From: Octopus vulgaris
Lineage: Eukaryota
Reading direction: 5' to 3'
NCBI GenBank assembly: GCA_951406725.2
Contig: OX597815.1
Coordinates: 66,216,001 to 66,280,000, forward strand
Length of the DNA: 64,000 bases
The notes under the pieces: generated by a model
Told to the model about the DNA's origin: nothing
Database searches by the model: none
What the model saw: only the letters and a program-made list of their open reading frames with translations
Shown: one piece after another, positions 14,773-28,000 of the stretch
Layout of the letters: each line of letters begins with the position of its first letter
Position numbering within the stretch: position 1 is the first letter of the stretch
Translations under genes and position numbers: made by a program

Positions 14773-15499
14773 CACAGATACATACATACATACACACATA
14801 TATATTATATTCTGCTTGGTCGGAAGTCATTAAGTCCAAACAAATTTGTTTATTGATTAAGTCTGCAGTTACTCAGACGATTACCACCTCAGTTTTGATC
14901 CTGGTTTTAGCCTTTACATTGAGATGCCAATTGTAAAAAATAAGCATAACTGTCAACTAGGAATTGATATTGATATCTATATTGGAAATCAATATCGTTC
15001 TTATACAATAATTTACTTTATCTTACACTCGGATTTGTTTTAATATATGCATGTGAAGTGTTTTATTGATAATACACACAGATATTTGTTGCATATGCAT
15101 TTGAGATAGAGGTTTTATATATAAAAATATATATTAATGTGTGTACATATATGTATATGTATTTATAAAATGTGTATGTATGCGCGCGCGTGTATCAGAT
15201 GAAGGATATGGCTTTGTAGGCTGATAGTTTGATAGGTAGATAGCTGAGAATTTTCTGTGTGGTGTTTATAGAGAAAGTACCGCGAAAATTTCCAAAGGAA
15301 AACAAAAACAGAAAATGTCTTCTGTAGAAAACAGAATGTTATTTTTTGAAGCGGATGGAGCAAAAATTTATCAAATATTTTGGAACACTCGAAAGATGAA
15401 GAAAAAATAAAGTTTACATCGTCGGGATATAAACTGAGACTGAAAGTACAAAGTATAAGGATAAATAAACATCATTTAGTACTATTATTTTGTCCGTCT

Positions 15500-15650
15500 T
15501 TACGTTCTGAGTTCAAATTCCGCCAAGGTCGACTTTGCCTTTCATCCTTTCGCAGCCGATGAAATAAGTACCAGTTAAGTACTGAGGTCGATGTAATCGA
15601 CTTACCCTCCCCTAAAAATTTCAAACCATGTGCCAAAATTTGAAAGCTTT
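15500..15650 (+). mobile_element. SINE fragment (family of 19630-20045)
   Basis: B-box-like gagttcaaattcc followed by gcctttcatcctttcg..gat.aaataagtaccag core. Confidence 0.8.
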
Positions 15651-15756
15651 ATCGACTTCCTTGTTTGTGGACTCCAGCATCACGTATTCCTCCTCTCTCC
15701 CTCCCACTTATAAAAATGTCAAATCGCTTGCTCATCCATATCTATCTATCTATCTA

Positions 15757-15793
<37 letters not shown>

Positions 15794-16488
15794 CCTAAGT
15801 ACATACACACACACATACTTTTATGTATTAGGAGAGGTTTATTTCAAGATCGAATGCATACCAAGCTAATGTACACATATAAATATTGATGACGTGTGTG
15901 AGAGTGTAGATACTTGTATGTTGTCAAGAATTAAGCATACTTAAACAATGTCTAAGACTTTCGACATGAATATTTTTAGATAAATCTTTCTCCCTATCTC
16001 CCACGCTGTGTGTGTGTGTGTATACATAAACGGTAAAAAATAATATATACAAGAAGAAATATTCACTTATTTAACGTGAATATTTCTCACGTTTAGAAAA
16101 AGTCTCGATGAAATATAACTCCACTTAGGAACGATGGTATAATAAAGTCAAATATATAGATGTGTATATGTTAGCTTTTTCACGTGCCATTCCGTTAAAA
16201 TTAGAGAATATGAATTATAATTTTTTAGCAGCGTTATTTCTACATTCTCGCTGTCTTTTTCTATGTGTAATATATATTGAATTATATTGGTAACTTAATT
16301 TATTGAAGATATAAACTTGTTTAAAATAACATAGAATGGATAATGTATACAAATATTTAGATTTTGACATAAAATAATGTTCACTGTAGATGTAAATCTC
16401 AGTTTTAGTTTTTGTATGTGTGTGTATGTGGGCAATGTATGTATAGATGGATGAATGTGTATGTATGCATGTCTTATTTATGACTGTG

Positions 16489-16526
<38 letters not shown>

Positions 16527-17536
16527 TGTATGTATGTATTGTGTTTATAAATACGGATAAATAGATACCTGTGTAGATGTATGCATGTATGCATTATTGG
16601 TATGTATGTGTGCATGTATGTACGTACGTATGGATAGTTGTACGTACAGGTGGATGGATAGACAAGTGAATTCGTATGTATGTGATGTATGAATACATGT
16701 CTGGGTGGTTGTGTGTGCATGTGTACGTTTACTGTGTAGATATGTTATTTTTCAGTGTATTGATTGGACAAGTAGAAGGTATACATAGATTTTTCTGTCG
16801 CTCCCACTCACATACGTAAACGTGTGTGTGTGTGTGTGTGCGCGCGTGATTTATCGAAATCGAAACTATTAAAGAATGCAAAACACAGTAGCCGTATAGA
16901 TCATTAGTATTAACCGTCTTTAGAAGCACCACCCTTGTCTGTTTTTTGGAATACCTTCCATAATTCTCAATGATGGATGGGTATTTTTGTCCCTAGATAG
17001 CCAAATCATTTACGCTTGCGTCAGACATTAAATAATTAGTAAAACAAAAAAGGTAGTTTTAGAAATAATCTTTGCTTCCCGCCCTAACTATACGATATTC
17101 ATCGTCATCACATTTATTTTTTCATAACAATTACAAATTAAAAATATTATTAGGTTATTCAACTAATTTATAAGAAGCTTAAAAATGCATTCGAAATTCA
17201 AATATTTTACAGTTATTGAATAGAAAAGGCGTTATATTATCCACGATTTCATACATATATTACATGGCCATATGCATCATGCTCGAACATGTTTACATAA
17301 TGTATACAATAGTTCATGCATGCGTGTATCTGTAGCATGCATGGTGAATGCGTATACACGCGAGCGCGCTCACTCATCTACATATATGCGCGCGTGTGTG
17401 TGTATGTATGTATGTATATATAATGGCGAAGTTTCGCATGTCGTAGCGCAGATTTCCGTCGATTTCCGTAAAAAACTTTTATTTTTTTACATAAGTAATG
17501 AGAGCGAAAGAGACTAAGAGGAAGCGATTTTATGAC

Positions 17537-18221
17537 GAGAAGGTTTCACTTTGAAATCGGCCTGTGTGTGTTTGATGGGGTGTGGGAGACAGACAGTATG
17601 TTGTGTAAGTGAAGTGCTTCTGTTAGTGTGTGCGAAGAGACAGAGAGAGTAATGTGTGAAAGAGAGAGATAACTGATTTTTTACTCGGTGTATGTGTATA
17701 TGTATGTATGCATGTATGTGTATATGTATGTATGCATGTATCTATGTATGTGTGTGTGTGTAAGTATGTGTGTGTGTATGTATGTATGTATGGCCGATTC
17801 ATCGTAATTTTTTACTCGGTGTATGTGTATATGTATGTCTGCATGTATGTGTGTGTGTGTATGTATCTATGTATGTGTGTATGTGTATGTATGTATGTGT
17901 GTATGTATGTATGGTCGATTCAGTGTAATTTTTTACTCGGTGAATGTGTATATGTATGTCTGCATGTATGTGTGTGTGTGTATGTATCTATGTGTGTGTG
18001 TGTGTGTGTGTAAGTATGTGTGTGTATGTATGTATGTGTGTGTGTGTATGTATCTATGTATGTGTGTGTGTGTATGTATGTATGTATGTACTCGGTGTAT
18101 GTGTATATGTATGTCTGTCTCTTCGCACACACTAACAGAAGCACTTCACTTACACAACATACTGTCTGTCTCCCACACCCCATCAAACACACACAGGCCG
18201 ACTTCAAAGTGAAACCTTCTC
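17537..18221. mobile_element. Element with 108 bp inverted repeats enclosing ~118 bp microsatellite-rich tandem repeats
   Basis: 17537-17644 is the near-perfect reverse complement of 18114-18221; interior repeats ttttttactcggtg.atgtgtatatgtatg. Confidence 0.75.
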
Positions 18222-18288
18222 CGAAACTATGCCATATATATATATATATATATATACGCACGCACACACACACACACACACACAGAGT

Positions 18289-18544
18289 GTCTAATTGCCA
18301 ACGTAGAGTGGCAGCCCCAATCCGGACTGCCATTTTACGTTGACAAATAGACTTTACTCTATAATACTGTTACTACTTATTTCTCAGATTTAAATTGTCT
18401 TTCCCCATATATATATATATATGGGGAAAGACAATTTAAATCTGAGAAATATATATATATGGGGAAAGACAATTTAAATCTGAGAAATATGTAGTAACAG
18501 TACTATAGAGTAAAGTCTATTTGTCAACGTAAAATGGCAGTCCG
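18289..18544. repeat. Nested palindromes around (TA)n
   Basis: 18323-18405 is inverted at 18460-18544, with a partial duplicate arm at 18423-18450; 18289-18317 also pairs with 18324-18352. Confidence 0.9.
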
Positions 18545-18685
18545 ATATTGATATTTATATATATATATATATATAGTTAATCTCCAAACATGAACAAAGA
18601 GAAAACACAACAACGCGAGGATGTGGAACAAGTATAGTGTTATTGGACGCTCCGGGTACGTCAGCTAGTATATATATATATATAT

Positions 18686-19354
18686 ATTAGCTGACGTACC
18701 CGGTAATTCCCGGGAAAGCAGGGCTTATCTCTCGGTTCCGTTCTCATAATTGTTTCGCTAATCCAATAACAACAATACGAAGTTTGTAGCCCTTAAAACG
18801 GTTTTTGTACATTTACAGAGAATACCGAACTGTCTTACATAGGATCTTGTTTTTAGGAATTTCCCAATAATTTATGAATACCCAAATTGTGAAGTCAATT
18901 ATGTAATAACATGAAATTAGTTACCCGATAGTAAGAATTCAGATAAAGTAGCCCTGAAAAGGGCTTTAATGCATTCCCAGAGCATATAGAACATAGGAGG
19001 AAATACTAATAAGTGGATCTATTGTTTAGGAAAATACTATTTACTTGTTTAAAAGTTGTACTGGATAAATTGCGAAAATAACTAACAATTCAAATACTAA
19101 GAATTAAGCATACTCAATTTCATTGTTACTTAATAATTTAGGAAAATGAATGGATTATTTCCCTTCGCTGTATATAAGGATCCCTTCCAGAGGCCCTATT
19201 ATCGATTTTGTTTTCAACAATTTGAGTATGCCATGAGGTTTCCAGATATGAGTTCTACTCACGTGTCAAGTTACATCAAAATCCATAAAACGATGTACGT
19301 GGAGTTAGCTAACAACTCCACAAACACACCCACAGACAGAATTTCCCACATATG

Positions 19355-19355
<1 letters not shown>
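18686..19355 (+). mobile_element. Putative non-autonomous Helitron/Helentron-like element inserted in (TA)n
   Basis: Starts ta(c/t)tagctgacgtacccgg..cccggg; ends aagttacatcaaaatcc...acaaacacacccacagacag. This is the terminal architecture of Lep1/HINE-like rolling-circle elements (family call from recall). Confidence 0.5.
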
Positions 19356-19426
<71 letters not shown>

Positions 19427-19629
19427 TTGAAATTTACAGAAAAACAAAAAGTGAGCGCAGGTGTACTAGTTTGACGCTCGTCACCACATCAAACTATTAT
19501 ATATCGGTATGTTGATGCAAACAGGAAAAATAGAACTCAAGATATGAGTATATGCATTTTTTTGCACCAACGCACGAAACTCTCGGACGTTGAGTCACTC
19601 TATTACTTCTACTAAATTTTTATTTCGTT

Positions 19630-20045
19630 ATTGCCCACAGCGGGGGAGGGGGCAAACATAGATGGGACAAACAAGGACAGACAAAGAGATTAGGTTGATT
19701 ACATCGACCTCAGTACTTAACTGGTACTTATTTAATCGACCCCGAAAGGATGAAAGGCAAAATCGACCTCGGCGGAATTTGAACTCACAACGTAGCGGCA
19801 GATGAAATACCTATTTCTTTACTACCCACAAGGGGCTAAACACAGAGAGGACAAACAGGGACTGACAAACGGATTAAGTCGATTATATCGACCCCAGTGC
19901 GTAACTGTTACTCATTTAATCGACCCCGAAAACATGAAAGGCAAAATCGACCTCGGCGGAATTTGAACTCACAATGTAGCGGCAGTCGAAATACTGCTAA
20001 GCATTTCGCCCGGCGTGCTAACGTTCCTGCCAGCTCGCCGCCTTA
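19630..20045 (-). mobile_element. tRNA-derived SINE, with tandem duplication of the body
   Basis: Reverse complement aggcggcgagctggcag..gagttcaaattccgccgaggtcgattttgcctttcat; ~184 bp body present twice. Confidence 0.85.
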
Positions 20046-20904
20046 CTTCTGCTAAATATTAATAAGTGGGGGGAGGGGGAGGGAGAGATTCAAACAGGAA
20101 AATAGCACTCGAAACGCGTTTATATACCTTTTTATTAATAACCGGCCTAAGTTGCAGAGTGACTCGAGAACCGAGAATTTCGCGCGTTGGCACTTAAACT
20201 GGTTTGATATGTGCTAACGCACGAAACTCTCACTCTTTTAGTCACTCTAACTTCAGCCGATTAGCAATAAAATCACGAGCGTGTATGTGTACAGAAAGGA
20301 AGAAAGACTGAATTCGAACTTATGGACTAGTATTAAACGTGGCGGGTTTTGTTATAACGAAAAATGTGCGTAAATTTACGCAAGTTGAGGCTCAGATCCT
20401 TCCTTTTTTTAATATTCGAAATAGTATTTTGACATTAGCAATCATTAATTTTTTTAAATAATTATCATTTCATTATTTTTGATTAGCAATCTAATGAAGT
20501 GATATGGCTTGTCAGGAAAAAAATTCTTGCAAGATGAAAAATGATTTTGTTGTATCTCGGGAGGATCATTGTGTCAATTGTTTAATTATATACTATTTAC
20601 TTTCACTTAATTAAATAATAATAAGTACTACAATTGCTATTTCTCTGAAACGAAATACATTATGAAGAATTATGCATTGTTAATATTTATTCTTGCAGCG
20701 TGGCGCCAGTCTTGAGACAGCTTGTTGCTAATGCTGGGGGAAAAATAGATAAACACGAACCCACACACATTAGTATTGAGAATATTCTGTTCTGCTCACT
20801 GTCCTTGTAAAGTTCCCCTCATCAAATGTCCCTCTGGTAAATTATTATTATTCAATTCCCGTCGAGGTCAATTTTGCCTTTCATCCCTTCGAAGTCGATA
20901 AAAT

Positions 20905-21312
20905 TTTTACTCAGTGAAAAAATAAAAACCTTTATTTTAATTTTGGAAAACGTACATCTTTTAGAACAGTCATTTTATAAAATTTCGCTGGCAAATTTTT
21001 AAATTAATAAACATTTATTTACATAGAAGAAAATTACCGGAGAACTTTCATCTAATTCTTCCAAATCTTTCTGTTAAAACTGTATCGAAACCATTTATGG
21101 GGAATTTGTTTTATTATATCACGCAACTGGTCGCATACCACAAGCCAGCACGCACGCAGCATTACCACGGGCGATGACGAGGCCAAGACGTTTGTAAAGC
21201 CAAGCGCCCTCATGGGCATTACCTGACACCTCGGTGAGGCGAACTGCCGACCCAGTCGCTCCGAACGTCTCAAACGCCGCAGGTTGGAATAGACGATTCT
21301 AAAGTTCCAGTC
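20905..21312 (-). mobile_element. 3' fragment of a CRE-like (RLE) non-LTR retrotransposon inserted into a SINE
   Basis: 21298-21119 translates NRLFQPAAFETFGATGSAVRLTEVSGNAHEGAWLYKRLGLVIARGNAACVLACGMRPVA*, matching the F.P.AFETFG...RL.....RGNA C-terminus of CRE elements. SINE halves flank it (20855-20904, 21313-21390). Confidence 0.75.
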
Positions 21313-21989
21313 AAGTACCGTACTAGAATCGAAGCAATCGATTTACTTGCTCCCCTTAAAATTACTGGCCTTATGTCAAAATCTCAAACATTATTATGCC
21401 TACGAGTGCAGCTATACAATAGGACTGATAGACTTGAATGTTGATTTCGAAAATCCTGAACCATCGCTCAGAAGACGTATTTTACTTTTAAGTTAATACC
21501 ATTACTGGACGAGAAATAAATCTAATATTCAACATCTGCATACACACACGCGAACACATACATACATAAATATACATGTACACAGATACATATAGCTTTC
21601 TACCTATCATACTTAATGTAAGTAAATCGTTAAAAGGCAAATTAACTGCAGTAAATACATAGATGGCTATTTTATTTTATGATGCTTTTATTACAAATAA
21701 GGGGCCTGTGTGTGTATGTATGAGCGCGCGCACACACACATACACATGCACAACTTTTTTAATGTCCACATTTACAAACTTATGTGTCAAGCAAATGCTT
21801 TGGAGCAGGTTTTCTAGACTTAACAAACTTTGAATAGTGGACGTCAATATGTGTGTGTGTGCGCGCGCGTAGTACTTACGTGAGTATGTAATTAGGTATG
21901 TCTGTTCTCTTTTTTAAAAGACTTGTAAATTTTGACAGGCCACCTACTTTGTAGCAAAGTTGTGAAGGAAAGCATCTTGTTTTAGCTAT

Positions 21990-23400
21990 CATCCTTTAAA
22001 TCTTAAGAAGGTCGTGATCATTTGTAGTGTATGAATTAAGGGTTTGTGTTTACTCCCCAAGAACCCAAATCCTGACATACTTTGCACCAGACAGGATAGA
22101 ATGTATCTTATTGCTCTAGTAATAATAGATATGAAACTGAAAGTGTATCTTGGATCCTGGATTTTCAAATTTCTTATCAATGGTCCATAGCTGTCCACTT
22201 TCTGTAGCGTATTTTTTGAACCACAATGATGTCCAGAGAGCAATTGATTTTCACTGCAGGATATATCTTTTCCTTGTGGTCCCATACCTGGCTGGTTGTA
22301 TTTTAACTTGGTGGCTGTTTTAATTTTTAAGTTCTACCAATATTCTTTTAACCTATCTGTCTCAATATAATCAACTTGATCTGTAAGTGTTTTTGCTATC
22401 CTGTTCCAGACCATTCTAGCCATTGTGTTATGCCTCATGGGAAGATACAATCTAGAAGACATTCTCTCAATAGTTGACAATAATGTGGTTGATGCCTTCA
22501 GCCTTAGTCTTGCACGGCCTACATTTGTTGTCTATGGTTTTCTGCCTGTTATGCTGTAGGTACTTGGAGGGGACTTCTTATTCTTGAGTTGAATAGAGGC
22601 AGCCTTCAAAGTGGGATGCTATAAACTTATTGATACTCCATGAAAAGCTTTTGACATAATCAATCCCTTCTATGGTTTTTGCTTTTTATGCCAAGTACCT
22701 ATGTACTCTCTTAGTGAGCTGGTCCATTTACCAATGATCCTTGGCGAGAGATCTGTATCAGCTCTTATTTCATACCTCTTCTCAAGTTCATTAGCTATCC
22801 TAATTATGTTATTGATATCATGGTCACAAACAAGGGCCAGATGTTGTTTCAGTGTCATAGTATGTTCTTCATATGACATCAATACAGATTTTGAGACCAC
22901 AATTGCCATCTTTGCATGAGAACTATAGCCTGTCAACATCTCCACTGATACAGTTCTATATTTAAGAGATGGGGAATTATGTACATTATTTACATTCAAC
23001 GGATATTTGTCCTCCAAATTTCATTCTAATGTCTGTAGAAATTTGGGTAATGAGGTCCAATTGCATTTTTATAGGTTGTTGACAAATAAAAGATGGAAGA
23101 TACTTCTGGATCCATATCAGTGGCCACTATGTTTTGGGAGTAGGTATGATCATAGGTTGAATGAGAGGATAAAGAGCAACACCAACAGGCTATCACCCTC
23201 GAAGTTGCCTTTTTGGTAGTGAATACTATCTGACTCAATTTCTCCCTTGTCATTCCTAAGGTTCAAAGTGGTGCACCAAGTCTTGGTCAGGCATTCAATA
23301 GCACTCACTAGTGGTTGTGGGACTTTGGCTAACTGTAAGTCCCTGATAATCCAGCAATGTGGTATATTATCAAAAGTCTTCTAGTAGTCCAGCCACACTA
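21990..23400 (-). mobile_element. RLE-type non-LTR retrotransposon remnant (R4/Dong-like)
   Basis: Broken frames give SHFEGCLYSTQE, NKCRPCKTKAEGINHII (CCHC knuckle), MRHNTMARMVW, and an eroded NxPD-like nuclease region. Confidence 0.65.
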
Positions 23401-23427
23401 AGTTTAACTTCCTGTGATGTGTGTATG

Positions 23428-23473
<46 letters not shown>

Positions 23474-23677
23474 CATAAATAGAATATATATATATATGTA
23501 TGCATATTTGGGTACAGGATGTCACAAAATGTAAACAGCATGAAATATGAAGGCAAACTTGGGTATGCGTACGAGAGTAAAAATGGAAAACAAGTAACAT
23601 AAAGAACGACCCTTCATCAGTTGTCAGCTGTTCATCTACACCACATTTTGAGCAATACATACATATATGTATGTTCT

Positions 23678-23770
23678 AAAGCCACTAAGCTTCCCCTCTG
23701 GAAGAATAGTTCTTCGGTGATAGACTGGTTTGAAAGTATACAGGACACACTATGGTTAAATTCCTGTAAT
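23678..23770 (+). mobile_element. Small Naiad-like RT fragment between (TA)n tracts
   Basis: TKLPLWKNSSSVIDWFESI resembles LWSNTQEVISWF at ~6345-6380 of the Naiad-like element. Confidence 0.55.
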
Positions 23771-23773
23771 GTA

Positions 23774-23815
<42 letters not shown>

Positions 23816-23868
23816 CTTATATAAAATATATATATATGCATATATACATACATATATGTACATACATA

Positions 23869-23899
<31 letters not shown>

Positions 23900-26035
23900 G
23901 CATATATGGGTACAGGACATCACAAAATGTAAACAACATGAAATATGAAGGCAAACTTGGGTATGCAAAAAACGAGAGAAACAAATGAAAAACAAGACAA
24001 GTAACATAAAGAATGGCCCTTTATTTTTTAAGTAGGATCATGATTTTACCTATAGGTGTAACTACATTTATGTTGTATGGAGATATAGACCAAGCAATGT
24101 TTTATTTTCTGTTATAAATGTGATTTTGTTTGTGTTGCCACACCTGTGAAGAGCATCATTATATTAAAATGCAGCTTATTGAAAGATTTGTCTGTTTGCC
24201 AAAAGGCAGATAAGTCTTCCAGTGACATTAGGAATAAGGTGGCTGACTATGTTACTTGGTTGATTTTAGTGAATATGGATGTAATGCAACGATTCGTTTG
24301 ATTTATGATAGGGGTAATAGAAGTTAGATAGTCAAGTGTTGGCTTTTGACTGTACTCCACAAATATTTGGAGACCTAGGTTGTTGATGAAACCATGAACC
24401 CAACCTAAAACACAGCAGAAAAAGAAACAGTACTTGGTTCGTACTTCCACGTGTGTGTGTGTGTGTATGTTATCAGCAGCATCTTCTAATGTTCATTGGT
24501 TGGATGGGTTGTCAAGATCTGATGGGTGCAAAGACTGTATTATGCTTCAGTGTCTACTCTGGCATGATTTTTATGGCTGGACACCCTTCCTAACACCAAC
24601 CACTTTACAACATGTCAACAACTCATGTGGTCACCTTGCAGCTTGCTAGACAGTGAACTCCAAGCTGATATCATCATTTTTATGTCTGCATGGCTAGACA
24701 GAATCTAAAGGGGTGGAGCACATTTTGCTCCAGTGTTTTGACATGCTTGCTGCAACTGGATGTCCTTCCCAATGCCAACCACTTTCCAGGTTGTACTGGG
24801 TGCTTTCTTTGTGACACTAGCTCTAGTGAGGTTGCCTTCTAATGTTGAGACTAAAGAGTTTGCTTGCATGTGAGAGAAAATAAAAGATAACATAGTAACT
24901 TTATGTGAGGTGTTGAAAAGATAATGTATTATGTGAGGAGTAGGAACAAGTTTGTTGTGGAGGGAACTGATGAGTTGCCTATATTGTTGAGTGCAACAAT
25001 AGATGTGAAACCAACAGTAACTTTCTGAGTGGCCATAACCAACAACATATGACTCACGACTCCCAATATGTATGAAAGCTTATAGAGATCTGCAAACACA
25101 TTTTGCCAACGACAATGAACTCTTGTTGGAACCAATTGTCTAAGACTACTTAAATTTATAAAAATGTATATTTTATCCTTCCATAGATATTTTTATGTAA
25201 GCGTATAAATAGAAATCCCAGACTGCGATAATTCCGACTTCCATAGAGTCGAGATGTTGGCATAAGCTGGTTTCGATTCCCAATTGTATTACAACCATAT
25301 TATTTCACTTGCATCATAAAATACCTCCGGGAAAGTCATGAACGTTGCAACTTCTCATTTCCATTCTCCCCAAATTCTCTTGTATTCCATATTAAAAATA
25401 AAAAAAACATTGTTAGCGCCAGTGAGTCTGTGATATTTTCGCTGTTTTGTTTTATCTTTGTTTTTGGCGGGAAACCATAAATATATTTTATTTATTTTTC
25501 TTCACTTCAACGGAGAAAGTATTATTTATTTCACTAACACTGCAAATATTGCAATTGATTATTTAAAAAAAAAAATATCATTTCCTTGGCGATTCTTCAG
25601 AATACAATGAGCCTTTAATGAGATAAGAACACACTCGTTAAATATATTCAGTCGACTTGAAAGCAAATAACGTTATGAAATCACTCTTGGTGCTAGAATA
25701 ACATTCAATTCTTTATTATGAGTATATTATAATAATTATATTCAGGAATAGCAGGGTAGAGCATATTTAAATGATGTGAATTAAAAATTACGAACATAAT
25801 TCTATTTACTTTGGAAAGATAATTCAATTATTTGATATTTTCTTATTTCATACGTGTCGGCCTCAGAGATAATTAAACACAATACACACACACCTTTCTC
25901 TTATTGCTTCTCTCTATCTCAATGTTTTGTTTGTCCCCACCACCATTTCAGATTTTTTAACGTTGCTCTGTTAGTGTTACTTAGGCTTGATCCCACCACC
26001 ATGTCCTCAAGTTGTTAGTAATTTTCTCAACATTC

Positions 26036-26071
<36 letters not shown>

Positions 26072-27274
26072 TTATGTATATATGTGTTTGTGTTGATACC
26101 ACTTAGCGTCATCTGCAACGTACAACAAAAAATATTCTCCCAAATTCACCGTTCTTAATAAATGTTTTAATAGCAAACGCACAGTTTGCACTGGTCCAAC
26201 AACAATAGTAATTGGCAAAAGACTGCAAAACATTAGTTATATATGAAGACGTTACCACCCGCCTAACTTCCCTAGTTCCATATCAATGGCCGTGTAGAAT
26301 ATGAGGTGTTTCTCCCGCACTCTTGCTGCTAGAATAACATTAAATTCTTTATTCAGTCGCCACTCCTCTCTTTTTTATCTATTTCTCTCCCCACTCCTAT
26401 TTTTCTTTTTCCTTTGATTTTTCATCTCTTATTTTATCCCAGCACCTGAGCACTGTATACAATAATTTCATTATTATTATAAATCTATTCCCTAAATAAA
26501 ATACTGAATTCTAACATAAACATAAATCCTTAAAAAACTGGGGATTGGCCATTGTCGATTACTTGACCTTTAAAATAGGAATATCAAAATTGACTGGCAG
26601 GAGTTGAACTCAGAACTCAAAGACTCGTAACCAAATACCTCGAGGTAATTTTTTTCCGGCAATATATTAACATCACTTAATCTTAATTCGTATTACTAAG
26701 TCGAACTCAGTAAAAGAGTAAATAACTATTCTCACATATCTCTCACCCCCACTCTCTCTAATTATGCATCATATTATTATTATTATTATTATTTTAGGAC
26801 TGCACTTCACATTGGCGGTGAAATGTTAATAACAACGTTATAAAAGTACTTGTATTATTAGCATTAGTAGTGAGCAGTGATTGCTCTCATGTTACCAGTT
26901 AGTATATAAACACAATGCGAAACCATCGCCACCACAGCTACAATCAATAGCAGTAAATGTAGTTGCTTTTTATCCGCTTATTAAAGACATCTCCTTAAGA
27001 CGATCTTTTCATCTAAAGTAAACAATTTACTTCTTAATCATATAAAGAAAACTTGTTGAAAGGAAACCTATGGTGAAATTGATATTTAAAGCCAAACTGA
27101 GACTGAATGAAATGTATTACAGAATTTTTACTTCCATCCTCCTTGGTTTTGGAGTTCAAATTTTGCCGGTGTTAGCCTTTCTTAGACGTAAATAAAACCT
27201 GCTTTAATGTACTTAGGTTAGTTCACGATAGTATGTTCATCTTTTACATAACCAAAATACATGATAAAGAAGAT

Positions 27275-28000
27275 AAATTTTGGCACACCTGCTCTAGTGT
27301 ATCCCCACCACGGACGAATTTGTTTCCTCATTACTTCCAGAAAATGGGTATTTTTTAAATAAATTTCCTGCAAAGTATGCTTCAGCTGGTATAGATTCCG
27401 ATTTTATCAGAATATTTTGTGAAAAAAATTTCCGGAGATGGGGAGAAGAGTTTCGGAAAATTCATGCGAATCGTTTTTTGCTTCCTCATAACTTTCAGAA
27501 AAATGGGTATTTTTTAATGAAATTCTCTACAAAAACATTTCAGATGGTATAGATTACAATTATATCGGAAGTTGATATATAAAAAAAAAAAAAAAAAAAA
27601 TCGGTGTGCTCGCAGACATACATACTGACACGAAATGAAACTTGAAATCGCGATGTGGCATTATGTATGTGTGCGAGCCCACCATTTTTTCTTTTTCTTT
27701 TCTTTTTGTTTTGCATATTAAATTCCGGTATAATCGTAATTTATACCATATGAAAGGTATTTGTAGAAAATTTCACAACAAAGTACCCATTTTTCTCGAA
27801 GGAAACAAATCCAATTCGTGTGAATTTTCCGAAACTCCTCTCCCTACTCTCGGAAAAATAATCTATATCAAATCCCGATGTAATCAGAATATGCACCATC
27901 CGCAGCGTATTTGTAAAACATTTCGTTAAAAATACCTATTTTCTGGATCGTATAAAGAAACAAAGTAGGTGGGGCATATTTGTTTAGGTATGCCAAATTT
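27275..28000. mobile_element. Diverged foldback/MITE with ~300 bp inverted arms made of ~160 bp sub-repeats
   Basis: aaattttggcacacct..cagaaaatgggtatttttt (x2)..gagtttcggaaaattca is mirrored by tgaattttccgaaactc..aaaaatacctattttctgg..aggtatgccaaattt; related fragment at 3685-3860. Confidence 0.7.

Noticed and set aside
21120-21300. GC-rich island initially resembling an HDV-like ribozyme or structured ncRNA (ggcgaa motif)
   Set aside because: No consistent P1 pairing; explained as CRE-like coding sequence on the - strand
25262-25285. tRNA T-arm-like ggtttcgattccc
   Set aside because: No cloverleaf or acceptor stem could be built
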